Shown here in pieces: positions 13,630 through 27,800 of a stretch of 64,000 bases of DNA. How positions within the stretch are numbered: the stretch's first letter is position 1; the number at the start of each line of letters is the position of its first letter. The notes under the pieces were generated by a model. The model was not told the origin of the DNA. It saw only the letters and a program-made list of their open reading frames with translations, and did no database searches. A program made the translations under genes and the position numbers. Origin of the DNA: Eledone cirrhosa (Eukaryota); NCBI GenBank assembly GCA_964016885.1, contig OZ024742.1, positions 260,276,001 through 260,340,000 of the forward strand, in the 5' to 3' direction.

Positions 13630-15280
13630 ATTGTGGTGTAGTTCCCACCAGATTGCAGAGTGGGGGATCTTGTCGAAGGTCTTCTCTAGATCTACAAATG
13701 TCAGGTACAGTAGCTTACTTATAATGAAGTACCTCACCAAATAAAAGGCATCAGTAGTATTCCTACCTAGTATAAAGTCAAACTGCAGCTCATTTAATTT
13801 AATTCCATCCATAATTAGTTGTGCTATAACTCTTTTAGCAACTTTCATGACTTTATCCATAAAATTGATGTCGCTATAGTTACTTCTCTCTAATGCATCT
13901 CTTTGCCTTTGTAGCAGTTTACAATGAGACAGCTGTGCTAGTCATTGGGTATGATACCATCCTCTACTACTTGATTAACTATGCATCTGACTAGTTCAAA
14001 GCCTACCAACCAGATGTTTTTAGCATCTTAGCTTCTATACCTTCCCTACTTCCATGTCCTTAGTTGCTTTATCTATCACACTGCTGTCCAGTTTTATAGT
14101 TGGTCCCTCAGTTGGGTCTACGTGGGGTAAGCCCTCACTGTCCCATTTATTCTCTTTGTTTAGTAGTCTCTTGTAATAAGTCTTCCATGCCTCTTTCAGT
14201 ATTGGGTCAGTACTGCACTATCATTTTGAACACACTTTTCTCCAATATGATTTTCTCTAGCACACTGACCTTCACATCATAGGATATGTGCACACCTCTG
14301 CTTCGCCCTATGCTAGGTATACCTGGCACCTCTTCTAGATATCTGGTATTACTCCCTGTTTCCCCCTTTCTCCAGTCTCTCCAGGCTTGTCTTTTTGTTT
14401 TTACGTCTCTATCTGCCTTATAATTCCACTACCATATCGGCCCCTGTCTTGCTGGGACCTTGCTCCAACTGTGGACTTGGTCTTTGGCTTCCAGCAGGTT
14501 GTTTCCTCAGAAATCCCAATTTTTCTTTATGTTATATGTCTCTAGCTCATCTCCCTTACTGTCAAAGGCATCAAGTAGGGTTTCTCTGATTTTGTTTTCC
14601 TTCTCCAGTTTGGCTTTTGTCTCTTAATCCATCTAGCCATTACTTTAAGGTCATTGACATCTAGTCTATGTTGGGATGTACATTCTTCCTCAGGAAAGGA
14701 CTTAGCATTTACAACCATTCACCGATTTCATTTCCTGGTGAAGGCAAAAACTATTTGGCATGTATACCTCACTGAGTGGTTGGCTGGTTTCCTGAAGTTT
14801 GTATTACAGAGAGTTAGGTCGAGAGTATCGCAGAACCCCAGAAGTCTAAACTCTTCTTCATTTCTTGTTTCATACCTGTAGCCTCCATGCACACCAGGAA
14901 ATCCATCATGGTGTTTCCCAACGTGTCCATTGAAGTAGCCAGTTGCAATAATGATATCGCTGTCATCTGTCATTGAGGTAGTCAGTAAGAGAATCATAGA
15001 AATAGTCCTTTTGCTTATCTGCAAGTTCATCTTGTGGAGCATATACAGAGAGTATAGTGGCTGTTCTATTGTCTAAGGCTGGTCTAAGTTTAATTATTCT
15101 ATTACGCACACTGACTGTCAGAATTACCTCAACTAGGAGCATTCCTACCCCACCCACCTCATCACTGCTACCCACACAGATGTATCTGGTTGAAGCACAC
15201 CTCCACCTTACTCTCTTGCACACAGCATACATCTACTTATTTCTGCTCTAGCATCTCCTCCATCTCACCACGCTTACCTT
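13630..15280 (-). mobile_element. RTE-clade LINE relic (APE endonuclease and N-terminal RT, many frameshifts)
   Basis: GGVGMLL, TILSVYAPQ, KDYFYDSL, GYFNGHVG, GVHGG, NTNFRK (APE); QFDFILGRNTTDAFYLVR, FVDLEKTFDKIPHSAIWW (RT). Confidence 0.9.
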
Positions 15281-15900
15281 TCATTCTTCCAACAATTATA
15301 GTGGTAATTATGAAGATCCACCCTTAGTGGGAAGGGTGATGCATGGGTGCCTTGCTCTTTTCCTAGGCTTGAGGTGTAGAGTAATTGTGTGACCACTTGA
15401 TAGTCAGTGGGTTCACATGCATGTTATATATATATTAAGAAAGAAATCGAAGTTTCAGTTTAACATAGTTCATTCGTAATCATGTGTAACGTGTTTCACA
15501 AGTAACCTTTAATTAGTTACAGTCAGCTCTAGGATTGATTTACTCATTAGATGCGATGCAGATTAGAATCAGAATATGTTCCTCTCTATTAAGAAAATCA
15601 ATTAAACATTCTGCATATTACACCAATAACAAACTGATGTCGATGTTAATCCACACTTTTTAACACTGAATATCCAATTCATAGAAAAGCATTGAGTGCT
15701 GAAACAGGTACTAGCTGTAGTAATTAGTATTATTCACCAACATATAATGTGTGTGGGAGGGTGTATACATATGTATGTACATGTACATATATATCATCAT
15801 CATTATCATCACCGTTTAACATCTATCTTCCACGCTAGCATGGGTTTAGACAGGAATTGTCCCACTTGAGGCAAGATTGGTCGTCTCGCTCGTATAGGAC

Positions 15901-16071
15901 TGTCTGGCAGGTTTTCTACAGCTGGATGCCCTTCCTAACACCAACCATGTTTACAGTGTGGACTGTATATATATATGGCCGTGTAGGTAACACGGTAAAA
16001 ACCTCCCAGTCCACACTGTAAACGTGATTGGTGTTAGGAAGGGCATCCAGCCATAGAAAACCTGCCAGACA
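15901..16071. repeat. Inverted repeat of SINE core, 65-bp arms
   Basis: 15901-15965 versus 16007-16071 are reverse complements with a few mismatches. Confidence 0.9.
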
Positions 16072-16179
16072 TATAGTGTGACCACTTGATAGTCAAGTGG
16101 TCACACAATATATAGTTGTACTTAGAAATATTCAAAATTTTAGAGCAACTCAAGTGTGTAGATGAGATATAATATATAT

Positions 16180-16500
16180 AATCAATTTACACTAGAAAGA
16201 ATTTATTATTAATAGGACATGCATTTCAATGGCGATATTAGTCATCCCATCAGCTTTTAATTATCTGGCTTTATCTAGTAGGGTGTTGAAAATTGAAGGA
16301 TAAAAGCCAATAATATCGAACTGAGTTAATCTAGTTTTTTTGGTGTCATTGAAAGGATTGAACCAGTTGATTATGACATAGCTATTTTCCCCAGATTAAG
16401 GTTAGATAATTAAAAGTCGATGAGATGGCTAAATATTGCCATTGAAACATATGTCCTATTAATCATGAATTCTTTGTATTCTTTGTAATGTAAATTAATT
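16180..16500. mobile_element. PLE-like fold-back relic with degenerate hammerhead in both arms
   Basis: 16180-16266 is an imperfect inverted copy of 16404-16500. Right arm: aaagTCGATGAgatggctaaatattgccattGAAAcatatgtc; left arm (-) has CTGATGG..GAAAtgcatgtc. Confidence 0.65.
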
Positions 16501-18922
16501 GTGTGTATATATATAGATAGATAGATAGATAGATGAAAAGAGTCAGGACCCTGACAGCCTAGCTCCGGCCATTTCAACAACTAGATCTGAACTAGCAGTC
16601 GAAACAGCCAGAGCTCAGCCGTCGGGGTCCTGACTCTTTTCAGATTACCCACTCTACTACCCTAAGTATCAAGTACTCTGGTGCATTATGGTCCACCTGG
16701 TTTCTTACCACACTTTCTTTGTTGTTTATATATAGATATATATGTATACCATATAGGCCTTATAAAAACCTTTTTTAGCCTGCTTATACAAAATATTAGA
16801 TATGTGGTTTCCTATGGTATTGCCAATGGGCAAGCGCTTTGAGGTCTTGGATTTTTAGATTCTATTCTCTCATTGAGTAATCATAGAGCTGCATGATTGT
16901 TATATTATATATCGATCTCTTTTTTGATATATGTATATGTGTGTGTATATATATATATATGATATATATACTTATGTATATTTATGTATGTATATATGTA
17001 TACATACTTATGTGTGTATATATATGTATACATATATGTGTGTACATATATCTCTGTGTGTGTGTGTTTCTATATATGTGTATGTATGTGTGTGTTTGTG
17101 TGTATATTTGTATATTTATACATATAGGTGCTATTAGGAACAATTTCATTTCCTTGTGTTTTATAGCATTTCTCCAGTCATTCCTTCATTCAAAGCAAAA
17201 GATTGTGTGAGTGGCTGCTAGGTGTGTAACATCCTGTGACAGTGAAAACTTTGTGTAGTAACATTGTAATCACCCTCATGATTATTTAACATTTGTTCTC
17301 CCTGATGTCAAGGGTTGGATGAGCCATCACTACTAACCCTCTAAGATGGGCTGAGGTGCTGCATCTCACTTTCATACATCTCCACCCACTATGTAGTGCC
17401 GCCACACTAGAAAAGTTATCATGACTTCAACACAACTGAAATGTCCTCTCACCCTTTATTTAGCAAGTCTTCTAAGCTGGATGCTCTACATTTTACCAAC
17501 CACCTTACAGAGTGTATTCAATGCTTTTATCATTGCACCAATACTTGAGAGGTTATCATGGCCTTGACGCAATGGAAGAATCCTCTTGACCCAAAGGTAG
17601 TCGGGGGAAAATATAGAATTTCTTTAACTTTCCATATGAATTAAATCCACTAAACTTGATCTATTGTACAAAGTATATCCATACATTATTTATCATCAGT
17701 TTAGGTTATAGAAGTCAAGAAAATGTTTTCTTATTCTCTTCCTTAAAATCTTAGAGCAGGACTTCCTCTTCATGATTGAGTTTCTTATCATTAGAGAAGG
17801 GCTCCTCCTCACAGAATTGGTTCCTCTTGACAGGAAATGAACTGCTCCTCATCGGAGAAACTATTTTGCTTCCCAGGAAATGGGTTCCACTCCCACCTTC
17901 TAATTGCCTTTTGATTGTTATTGGTTTTTTTTCCACTTCAAAAATCCCTCTGAACAACTGTGAAACCACTTCATCCACATCTCCGGAAGTCAAGGAAACC
18001 ACATAACTCACTACAAGTACTTCCCTAGAACATTAGAATTATCTGCTCAACACTAATCTATTCCATTTTGTGAACTCTATTGGGCTTACTATTAATGACA
18101 TAACCTTTCCCTAAAATTAATCTGCACACAGATCTGTAAAACATTGACAATTCTCAAGTGCAATATGTTACTATTTCATATATTAAAAAAAAAATTTTTT
18201 TATTTTAAAATGTTTTGACACATCTTCACCAATTTTCTTTCTTCTAATTCACACCTTTTGAAATGAATACTTCTAATTGGAGATGACCTTGCAAACTGTG
18301 TGATTAAGAAACTGAATTGATCAAATTCCTAAAATACCAAATAAAATAGAGAAAAAGTAATGGATTTAAAGCACTAAAAGAAATATTAAATAATAGATAC
18401 CATAGTAAATAGACTTGTTATTTATGACATGGTGTGGTGCAGTGTAGCAGGGAAAAACAATTGTTAAAATGACATTTTAACAACCTAGTTTGTTTCAATA
18501 ATCTCAAAATAAAACTGACCACAAAAAAATCCCCTAAAACAAAGCAGTTATAAAAAAATATTAAAAAAACATTTGTCTATTAAATGTCTGTAATCTTCCT
18601 TACTCTCTTCCTTTCTTTACTGTTCTTATTGTTGTTCATGTTGCTGTTGTTGTTATTGTTGTTGTTGTTGTTGTTGTTGTTATTTAAGCATTGTTTAAAA
18701 AGTCAGTATTAATGCATATTAAGGAGGTTTCCATTGATGACTGCATCACCTTCTATGTTTTTGATACATGTTTGTTATTTACACATGCAAAAAAAAATGC
18801 ATTTGATGTCAACATTTTAATTTTTAATTATTTATTGGCTATATAATTTTGCTCATATTTTTTGTGTCCATCCAACTATTATATATTTTTTATTTGACTT
18901 TTATTTTGATTTATCTCCCTTC

Positions 18923-18997
<75 letters not shown>

Positions 18998-19117
18998 ATT
19001 CTTTCACCTATCTATATTTAAGTTTTCTGTTATATATAAATATTTTTATCAATTATTTTGCATGTTGATAATAATAAAACAAATAATAGTATAAAACAAA
19101 ATAAGGTGTGTAGAAGT

Positions 19118-19170
<53 letters not shown>

Positions 19171-20320
19171 TTAGTAGTTCCATGAGTTGCATAATTTAGT
19201 AATAACGTTTGTTAGATACAATAATGTACAATTTTCCGGATACTATGTAGGGATGGGATATAAAATTAAGGTCTAGAAAATATTTAGTAATTTCTATACG
19301 CATATACACACACACACACACATGCATATATATATATATGGCCTAGTGGTTGTAGCTTGATTTATATATATATGTGTGAGTGTGTGTGATGTGGTGGTCA
19401 TCAATTCAATTTCAAGCAAACCCTCGTTCTTACTTCAGTTATCAGCCATGTAGATAACTACCAAGATCAAATGTTATGGCATGGAATTTATACAATTTTC
19501 CAAAATATTTTAACCCCTTTGTTATGATGTTTCTAACGAAAGACTATCTGTGATTTTGAAATAATTTTTTAAATAATCAAGAATTTGGAGGGATTTAGTA
19601 ATATAAATGCTTTAACCCTTTCATTTACCATATTTCAAAGAACTTTAGAAATAAGAATTTGGAGGGATTTAATAATATAACTGATTTTCTCATTGTTAGA
19701 TCTCAGTGTTAAGAAGATAACTTAACAAAGGTTTTTATATTTAATTATGATGGAAGATTTTTAGGTATATATAAACACTTTAAAACAAACAGTTGTGTAT
19801 TATAGAAGCAGAGGCTGAAAGCCAAGAAGAATATTGGTACCAATATTGTTGTGGGACTATAGGATTAAGAAAATCCATCCAATGGAATGTTTAGGAATAG
19901 CTGACCAATTTAACCTTTCCATTACCACATAATGAATTAACTAATGAAGATTTTTTGAAAGATTTACTAAAATTATTAACTATTTCATTATTTACTGGTA
20001 TTTGTAACATCACTTAATAAAAGGTTCTTTATATAAAATTATGCTGGAAGATTTTAATTCAAATAGGAACCCTTTAAACTGGGTGGTTTTACCTCATAAA
20101 ATCAGAAGCAATTTTTGGTGGATTGTAGTGTGGTGTGGACATTATTACTTCAATTTCTGAGAAATATAATACTAAATAAGCCTATAGAATAACACAGCAA
20201 CTAATTCTACTCAAAGGTTTTTTTTTAAGTTAAGCATCTCTTGTTACTGCTATTACTATTACTACTACTACTACTAATAATAATAATAATTATTATTATT
20301 ATTATTATAATGATTATAAT

Positions 20321-20910
20321 AAATGGAAACATGATGAAAAAGTCAAGATTATGCATCAGAAACTCTACCAGAAGTGGGGATTTGAGTGTGAAAATAACCA
20401 TAAGTCAGAGAAAGTAATTGAATCAGAAAATTGTAAAGTCTTATGAGACTTCACAATACAAACAGACAAGTTATTAGAGCACAATAAATCAGACATAACT
20501 ATTGTAAAAAAACACAGAAATGTGGATATATAATACATACCTTATGCCCATTTGACTTCAGAGAGAGAAAAAAAAGAGGAGTTAAAGGAGAAAAATTACA
20601 CCCCATTAAATCATGAGATTGCTTTGTTGTGGAAATTGAAAAAAATTAGTTATACCAATAGTGATAGGTGCCTTGGGAACTGTAACCTATAAATTTGATT
20701 ATTGGATAAAGGAAATAGAAATTGAGTGCCATATAGCATTACTACAGAAAGCATACTTTGGGGAACAGCACGAATCATCAGGAAAGTTATGAATAGTTGA
20801 TGGAGACAAATTTAGTGATACCTAAGACCACTAGTTGTGGTCTACTATCGCCCAATACCTGAATTTTCAACATGTCATCTGAGAATACAATCCTATAATA
20901 ATAATAATAT
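20321..20910 (+). mobile_element. R4/Dong-clade LINE 3' fragment (restriction-like endonuclease domain) inserted in (TAA)n
   Basis: Manual translation: KHDEKVKIMH..KVL*DFTIQTDKLLEHNKSDITIV..VIPIVIGALGTV..LLQKA..GTARIIRKV. Flanked by TAA/ATT repeats on both sides. Confidence 0.85.
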
Positions 20911-21439
20911 ATTAACAATAGTTTGTTTTTTTATGCACTAGACCTGCAAATTAAGGAAAAAGGAAAGTTGATTATATTGACCCCAGTAATTGACTGGTAC
21001 TTTACTTTGTCCCTTGCAACTGGAGCAAATATTGCAAGGCATTTTGTCTAATGTTCTCATGACTCTGCCAGTCTAACACCTTAGTAATAAACAATAATAA
21101 AATTATGGTAATATATTTTAGACAAAAGGGAAATTTTTGTAAGAGTTGGTATAGCTATTTGAATTGACGTTGGTATGAGCAACATGTGGTCTCTCCAACC
21201 TGTCCAATCTTGGACTGAGGTAACCTGTCCAACCCATGCTAGCATGAAAGGTGGACATAAAAGAGTAATGATGATGTTACTGGTACTTATAGAAACAGGT
21301 AGCAAAAGTGAAAGAGTCTTGAATATAACCAATTAAACAAAAGTAAGTTAGTTAGCTCAGCACTTGACTGTTTCTGCCAACATATTAATGATAATGATAC
21401 TGATACTTATAGAATCACAGAGGGAGAGGGTAGCCAAAG

Positions 21440-21473
<34 letters not shown>

Positions 21474-22623
21474 CTAGAATACAAAATGACTTTTAACGTT
21501 TAATTTTTTATTTAATCTGAGAAGAAACCATTGTTATTTTTTTTCACTGTCCTATTACTGTATTTTACAAAGAAGTGTTGTTCTGTTCTAGGTGTCCCAG
21601 TGTATATATATGTATATGCATGTATGTGTATGTATATGCATATTTATGTATATGTATATGCATGTATGTGTATGTATATGCATATTTATGTATATGTATA
21701 TCCATGTATGTATATGCATATTTATGTATATTTGTTTCAGAGATAAATATCTCTGATGACCTTTGAATGACTGTGTCCTATTAAACACCAAATCAGCACA
21801 TCTTGCATACCAGGCATGAGCACATACTTACACAGTTATCAAAAGTAAAGTTAATACATTCATGTGTGTACGTACACACACAAGTACACAAACATGCATA
21901 AACATGACTCATAACTAACTGCTTCTTTGCATAATGTTTACTTATATCAGTTAATAAGGGGAATGAGCAGGTCATCTTGTTAAAATTATTTGAAATGACC
22001 TAAGAATTATCAGGATACTGACCTAACCTTTTTCTTAATCCCTTCTTTACCATACTTCTAATGAAAGACACTGACTTTGATTTTCAAATCATTTTTAAAA
22101 TAATCAAGAATTTGGAAGGATTTAGTATTATATCTAACTTTCTCGTTGATTAGTTTGTGTTTCGAACATAATTTAACAAAGGTTGTTACCTAAGATTGAG
22201 ATGGAAGATTTTTAGATAAATATAAATACTTTGAGATGTGAAGACATGAGGCCTAGTGTGTTAGACTCATGATCATAAGGTTGGCATGTTTTCTTGAGAA
22301 AAATGCTTCATTTCATGTTGCCTTCCATGATAGGACTGGGTGCCCTGTCATTAAAACACCCAAGAAATCTCCTGAGATTCAATCTAATAGGAATTTAATT
22401 AAACCTATATAGTTATAATTATACACTTTTGTGTCACAGAACCAGGTGTGGTTTCAACCCATAGCTATTATTGTTCTGAGGTGATAGTAACCAAATATCT
22501 CTAATATCAAGAGAAGATACTCACTTATCTATACTACATTGAGTATCAATCAGAACTAAAACGTTTAAGACTTAATGACACAGCTTCTTATAAATGATAG
22601 CATAGTTCGCTTTTGCAGCTAGT

Positions 22624-22886
22624 TTAACCGTTTCATTACTATATTTCTAATAAAATAAAATGCCTATGATATTTAAATACCTTTGAAAATAATTAAGAAT
22701 TTGGTAAGATTTAGAAATATAATTAACTTCCTCATGAATTATTTGGTTTTTGAAATATAACTTAACAAAGATTCTTACTTAAAATTATAATGGAATGGTT
22801 TTAGGTGAATATAAACACTCTAAAATAAACAGGTTTGTATCACAGAATCAGGATTGTTTCAGGTAGTTTGGTGTCAAAAGAGTTAA
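22624..22886. mobile_element. piggyBac-type MITE (TTAA-CCCTTTC...GAAAGGG-TTAA), about 260 bp; at least 10 copies or fragments in the window
   Basis: Termini ttaaccgtttcatt...aaaagagttaa. Other copies start at about 534, 580, 8470, 13200, 19510, 19612, 22036, 23476 (ends gaaagggttaa at 23911), 36100 and 51612, and at about 53477-53680 in reverse. Confidence 0.75.
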
Positions 22887-24860
22887 TGAAAAATTTTGCT
22901 AATTATTTTGTTAGTAAGATAGTAACTTATAGTTTTTATATAAAATTATGTCTAAATGAAATACATTCTATTTGAATTAGTTAGTGATGAAATTTTAGGA
23001 ATTTACTAAAATTATTAATTATTTCATTACTAAGTTACAATAGTAACTTAACATGTTTTCTTATGAAAATTAAATTATGATTTTAATTGAAATAGGAACC
23101 CTTTAAAATGGGCGGTTTTGTTACATAGAGTCAGGGATGTTTAGCCATGTTGGTACAAAAACAGTTAAACTGTGTCAAAGTTTGACACTGTTTAATTAGA
23201 AGTTAATTTGCAACATTAAAGTGTTTTAAGACCATCTAAAGGAGTTGGCTTGTGGACCCATGCTTCATATGCATCATAGGGTCCTTTACCCTTCCTGCTG
23301 CCAACCTTTTTAGTCATCGCTTATCACAAGCATTGTCTAATGGCAGTTTGGGTATCAATCTTCCCAGAGATTTGGTGGGGATATCAGAACACTTTTCTAG
23401 TGCCTTCTTGCCAAATAAACTTATGCTTTAATAAGATGACACCAGCAGTTAGCTTTGTACCAATAGTCTAAATGTAATCCTTTCAATGCCATATTTCCTA
23501 TAAAAGACACTGCCTATGATTTTCAAATAATTTTGAAAATTTTAGTAACAACTAACATTTTCATTATTAAGCTGGTGTTTGGAACATAACTTAATGAGTC
23601 TTACATTAATTATGTTGGAAAGGTTTTAGATAAACAAAGTGTTGAGAAGATCCTTCAGTTGTATCTAGAGCATGGTGACCTCTCTAGTATTGGTACCACA
23701 ATAAAATACACCCAGTACCCTCTGTAAAGTGTAGTAACATACGTAAGCAAGATACCACCCCCAGGCCATCTATGAGGATTGAATACTGATTTGGTTTGTG
23801 ATGACCCATCAACCTATGTGAGCATGTTAAATGATGATAAACAATTTAAAATAAAGTTTTGTATCATAGAATCAGAGGTGTTTTCAGGTGGTTTGGTATT
23901 GAAAGGGTTAATAGTTATTTGTTAACATCTTTACTGATATCCTATATATCAACCTGAGGTGAACAGGTACTTTTAAAGATTTGAATTGTCACTATAGAAA
24001 TAAAAGTTATTTTTTCTTTGTTCTTGTGGATAAACACAGAAATTCATATAAATGTGTATTTTTCAGTGTCAACATTTCTTACAAAATAAACTTATTTTTT
24101 GTCTATTCAAAGTAGTAATAATATTTCAAATACAAAGTTAATTAATAGTATTTGAGTGATGGCAGTTATAATGAAATTATGATAATAAATAATTATTTCT
24201 ACTTTTGGCACAAGGCCGGCAATTATCCCAGTGTATTACTGGTACTTTATTTTATCGACCCCGTAAGGATGAAAGGCAAAGTTAACCTCAGCGGGATTTG
24301 AACTCAGACCATAAAGGGCTGTAACTCTTTGCTGTAAAGCATGGCAGCCGACCCTCTACCAATACTGCCAATCAACCGCCCTATTTATGATAATAAATAA
24401 TAATAATAGTTTCTTACATAGGCATAACACAACAATTTGGTGGGGGAAATGTAACTGAATTAATCAATGCTGGTATTTGACTGGGACTTTTAAAATAATT
24501 GTAATGATAATAATAAGATGAATCATAATAATAATTGTTTCTACTTTAGGCACAAGGCCAGCAATTACCCAGTTCATTACTGGTACTTTATTTTATAATA
24601 ATAATAATATACAAGATGTTGAGTATGAAGGTAAAAACCGCCAATTATAATCTGAGTACTGGATATGGTAATAATATATGAACAAAAATGTAGAGGTCAT
24701 ACTAAGTTTCATAACATTACACACTAGCCAAAAATAGATCTGCCCACAACTTGCATTACATATTATGTATTCAAGATCACAGTACAAATAGGACAATCTC
24801 CACACACAACACATACCATATAGAATAAACACATAATGAAATAAAATAACATAACTTACA

Positions 24861-27800
24861 TACATCATACAACAGAACAAACACTAAAATAACACAACTC
24901 ACATTACACATATCATACACAACAGAACAAACACTAAAATAACACAACTCACATTACACATATCATACACAACAGAACAAACACTAAAATAACACAACTC
25001 ACATTACACATACCATACACAACAGAACAAACACTAAAATAACACAACTCACATTACACATACCATACACAACAGAACAAACACTAAAATAACACAACTC
25101 ACATTACACATACCATACACAACAGAACAAACACTAAAATAACACAACTCACATTACACATATCATACATAACAGAACAAATACTAAAATAACACAACTC
25201 ACATTACACATATCATACACAACAGAACAAACACTAAAACAACACAACTCACATTACCCATACCGTACACAGCAGAACAAACACTAAAACAACACAACTG
25301 ACATTACACATACCATACACAACAGAACAAATACTAAAACAACACAACTCACATTACACATACCATACACAGCAGAACAAACACTAAAATAACACAACTC
25401 ACATTACACATACCATACACAACAGAACAAATACTAAAACAACACAACTCACATTACACATACCATACACAACAGAACAAATACTAAAACAACACAACTC
25501 ACATTACACATACCATACACAACAGAACAAACACTAAAATAACACAACTCACATTACACATACCATACACAACAGAACAAACACTAAAACAACACAACTC
25601 ACATTACACATACCATACACAACAGAACAAACACTAAAATAACACAACTCACATTACACATACCATACACAACAGAGCAAACACTAAAACAACACAACTC
25701 ACATTACACATACCATACACAGCAGAACAAACACTAAAATAACACAATTCACATTACACATACCATACACAACAGAACAAACACTAAAATAACACAACTC
25801 ACATTACACATACCATACACAGCAGAACAAACACTAAAACAACACAACTCACATTACACATACCATACACAACAGAACAAACACTAAAATAACACAACTC
25901 ACATTACACATACCATACACAACAGAACAAATACTAAAACAACACAACTCACATTACACATACCATACACAACAGAACAAACACTAAAATAACACAACTG
26001 ACATTACACATACCATACACAACACAACTCACATTACACATACCATACACAACAGAACAAACACTAAAATAACACAACTCACATTACACATACCATACAC
26101 AACAGAACAAACACTAAAATAACACAACTCACATTACACATATCATACACAACAGAACAAACACTAAAATAACACAACTCACATTACACATATCATACAC
26201 AACAGAACAAACACTAAAACAACACAACTCACATTACCCATACCGTACACAACAGAACAAATACTAAAACAACACAACTCACATTACACATACCATACAC
26301 AACAGAACAAACACTAAAATAACACAACTCACATTACACATACCATACACAACAGAACAAATACTAAAACAACACAACTCACATTACACATACCATACAC
26401 AACAACAAATACTAAAACAACACAACTCACATTACACATACCATACACAACAGAACAAACACTAAAATAACACAACTCACATTACACATACCATACACAA
26501 CAGAACAAACACTAAAACAACACAACTCACATTACACATACCATACACAACAGAACAAACACTAAAATAACACAACTGACATTACACATACCATACACAA
26601 CACAACTCACAGTACACATACCATACACAACAGAACAAATACTAAAACAACACAACTCACATTACACATACCATACACAACAGAACAAACACTAAAACAA
26701 CACAACTCACATTACACATACCATACACAACAGAACAAACACTAAAATAACACAACTCACATTACACATACCATACACAACAGAGCAAACACTAAAACAA
26801 CACAACTCACATTACACATACCATACACAGCAGAACAAACACTAAAATAACACAAGTCACATTACACATACCATACACAACAGAACAAACACTAAAATAA
26901 CACAACTCACATTACACATACCATACACAGCAGAACAAACACTAAAACAACACAACTCACATTACACATACCATACACAACAGAACAAACACTAAAATAA
27001 CACAACTCACATTACACATACCATACACAACAGAACAAACACTAAAACAACACAACTCACATTACACATACCATACACAACAGAACAAACACTAAAATAA
27101 CACAACTGACATTACACATACCATACACAACAGAACAAACACTAAAATAACACAACTCACGTTACACATACCATACACAACAGAACAAACACTAAAATAA
27201 CACAACTGACATTACACATACCATACACAACAGAACAAACACTAAAACAACACAACTCACATTACACATACCATACACAACAGAACAAACACTAAAATAA
27301 CACAACTGACATTACACATACCATACACAACAGAACAAACACTAAAACAACACAACTCACATTACACATACCATACACAACAGAACAAACACTAAAATAA
27401 CACAACTCACATTACACATACCATACACAACAGAACAAACACTAAAATAACACAACTCACGTTACACATATCATACACAACAGAACAAACACTAAAATAA
27501 CACAACTCACATTACACATATCATACACAACAGAACAAACACTAAAACAACACAACTCACATTACCCATACCGTACACAACAGAACAAATACTAAAACAA
27601 CACAACTCACATTACACATACCATACACAACAGAACAAACACTAAAACAACACAACTCACATTACACATACCATACACAACAGAACAAACACTAAAATAA
27701 CACAACTCACATTACACATACCATACACAACAGAGCAAACACTAAAACAACACAACTCACATTACACATACCATACACAGCAGAACAAACACTAAAATAA

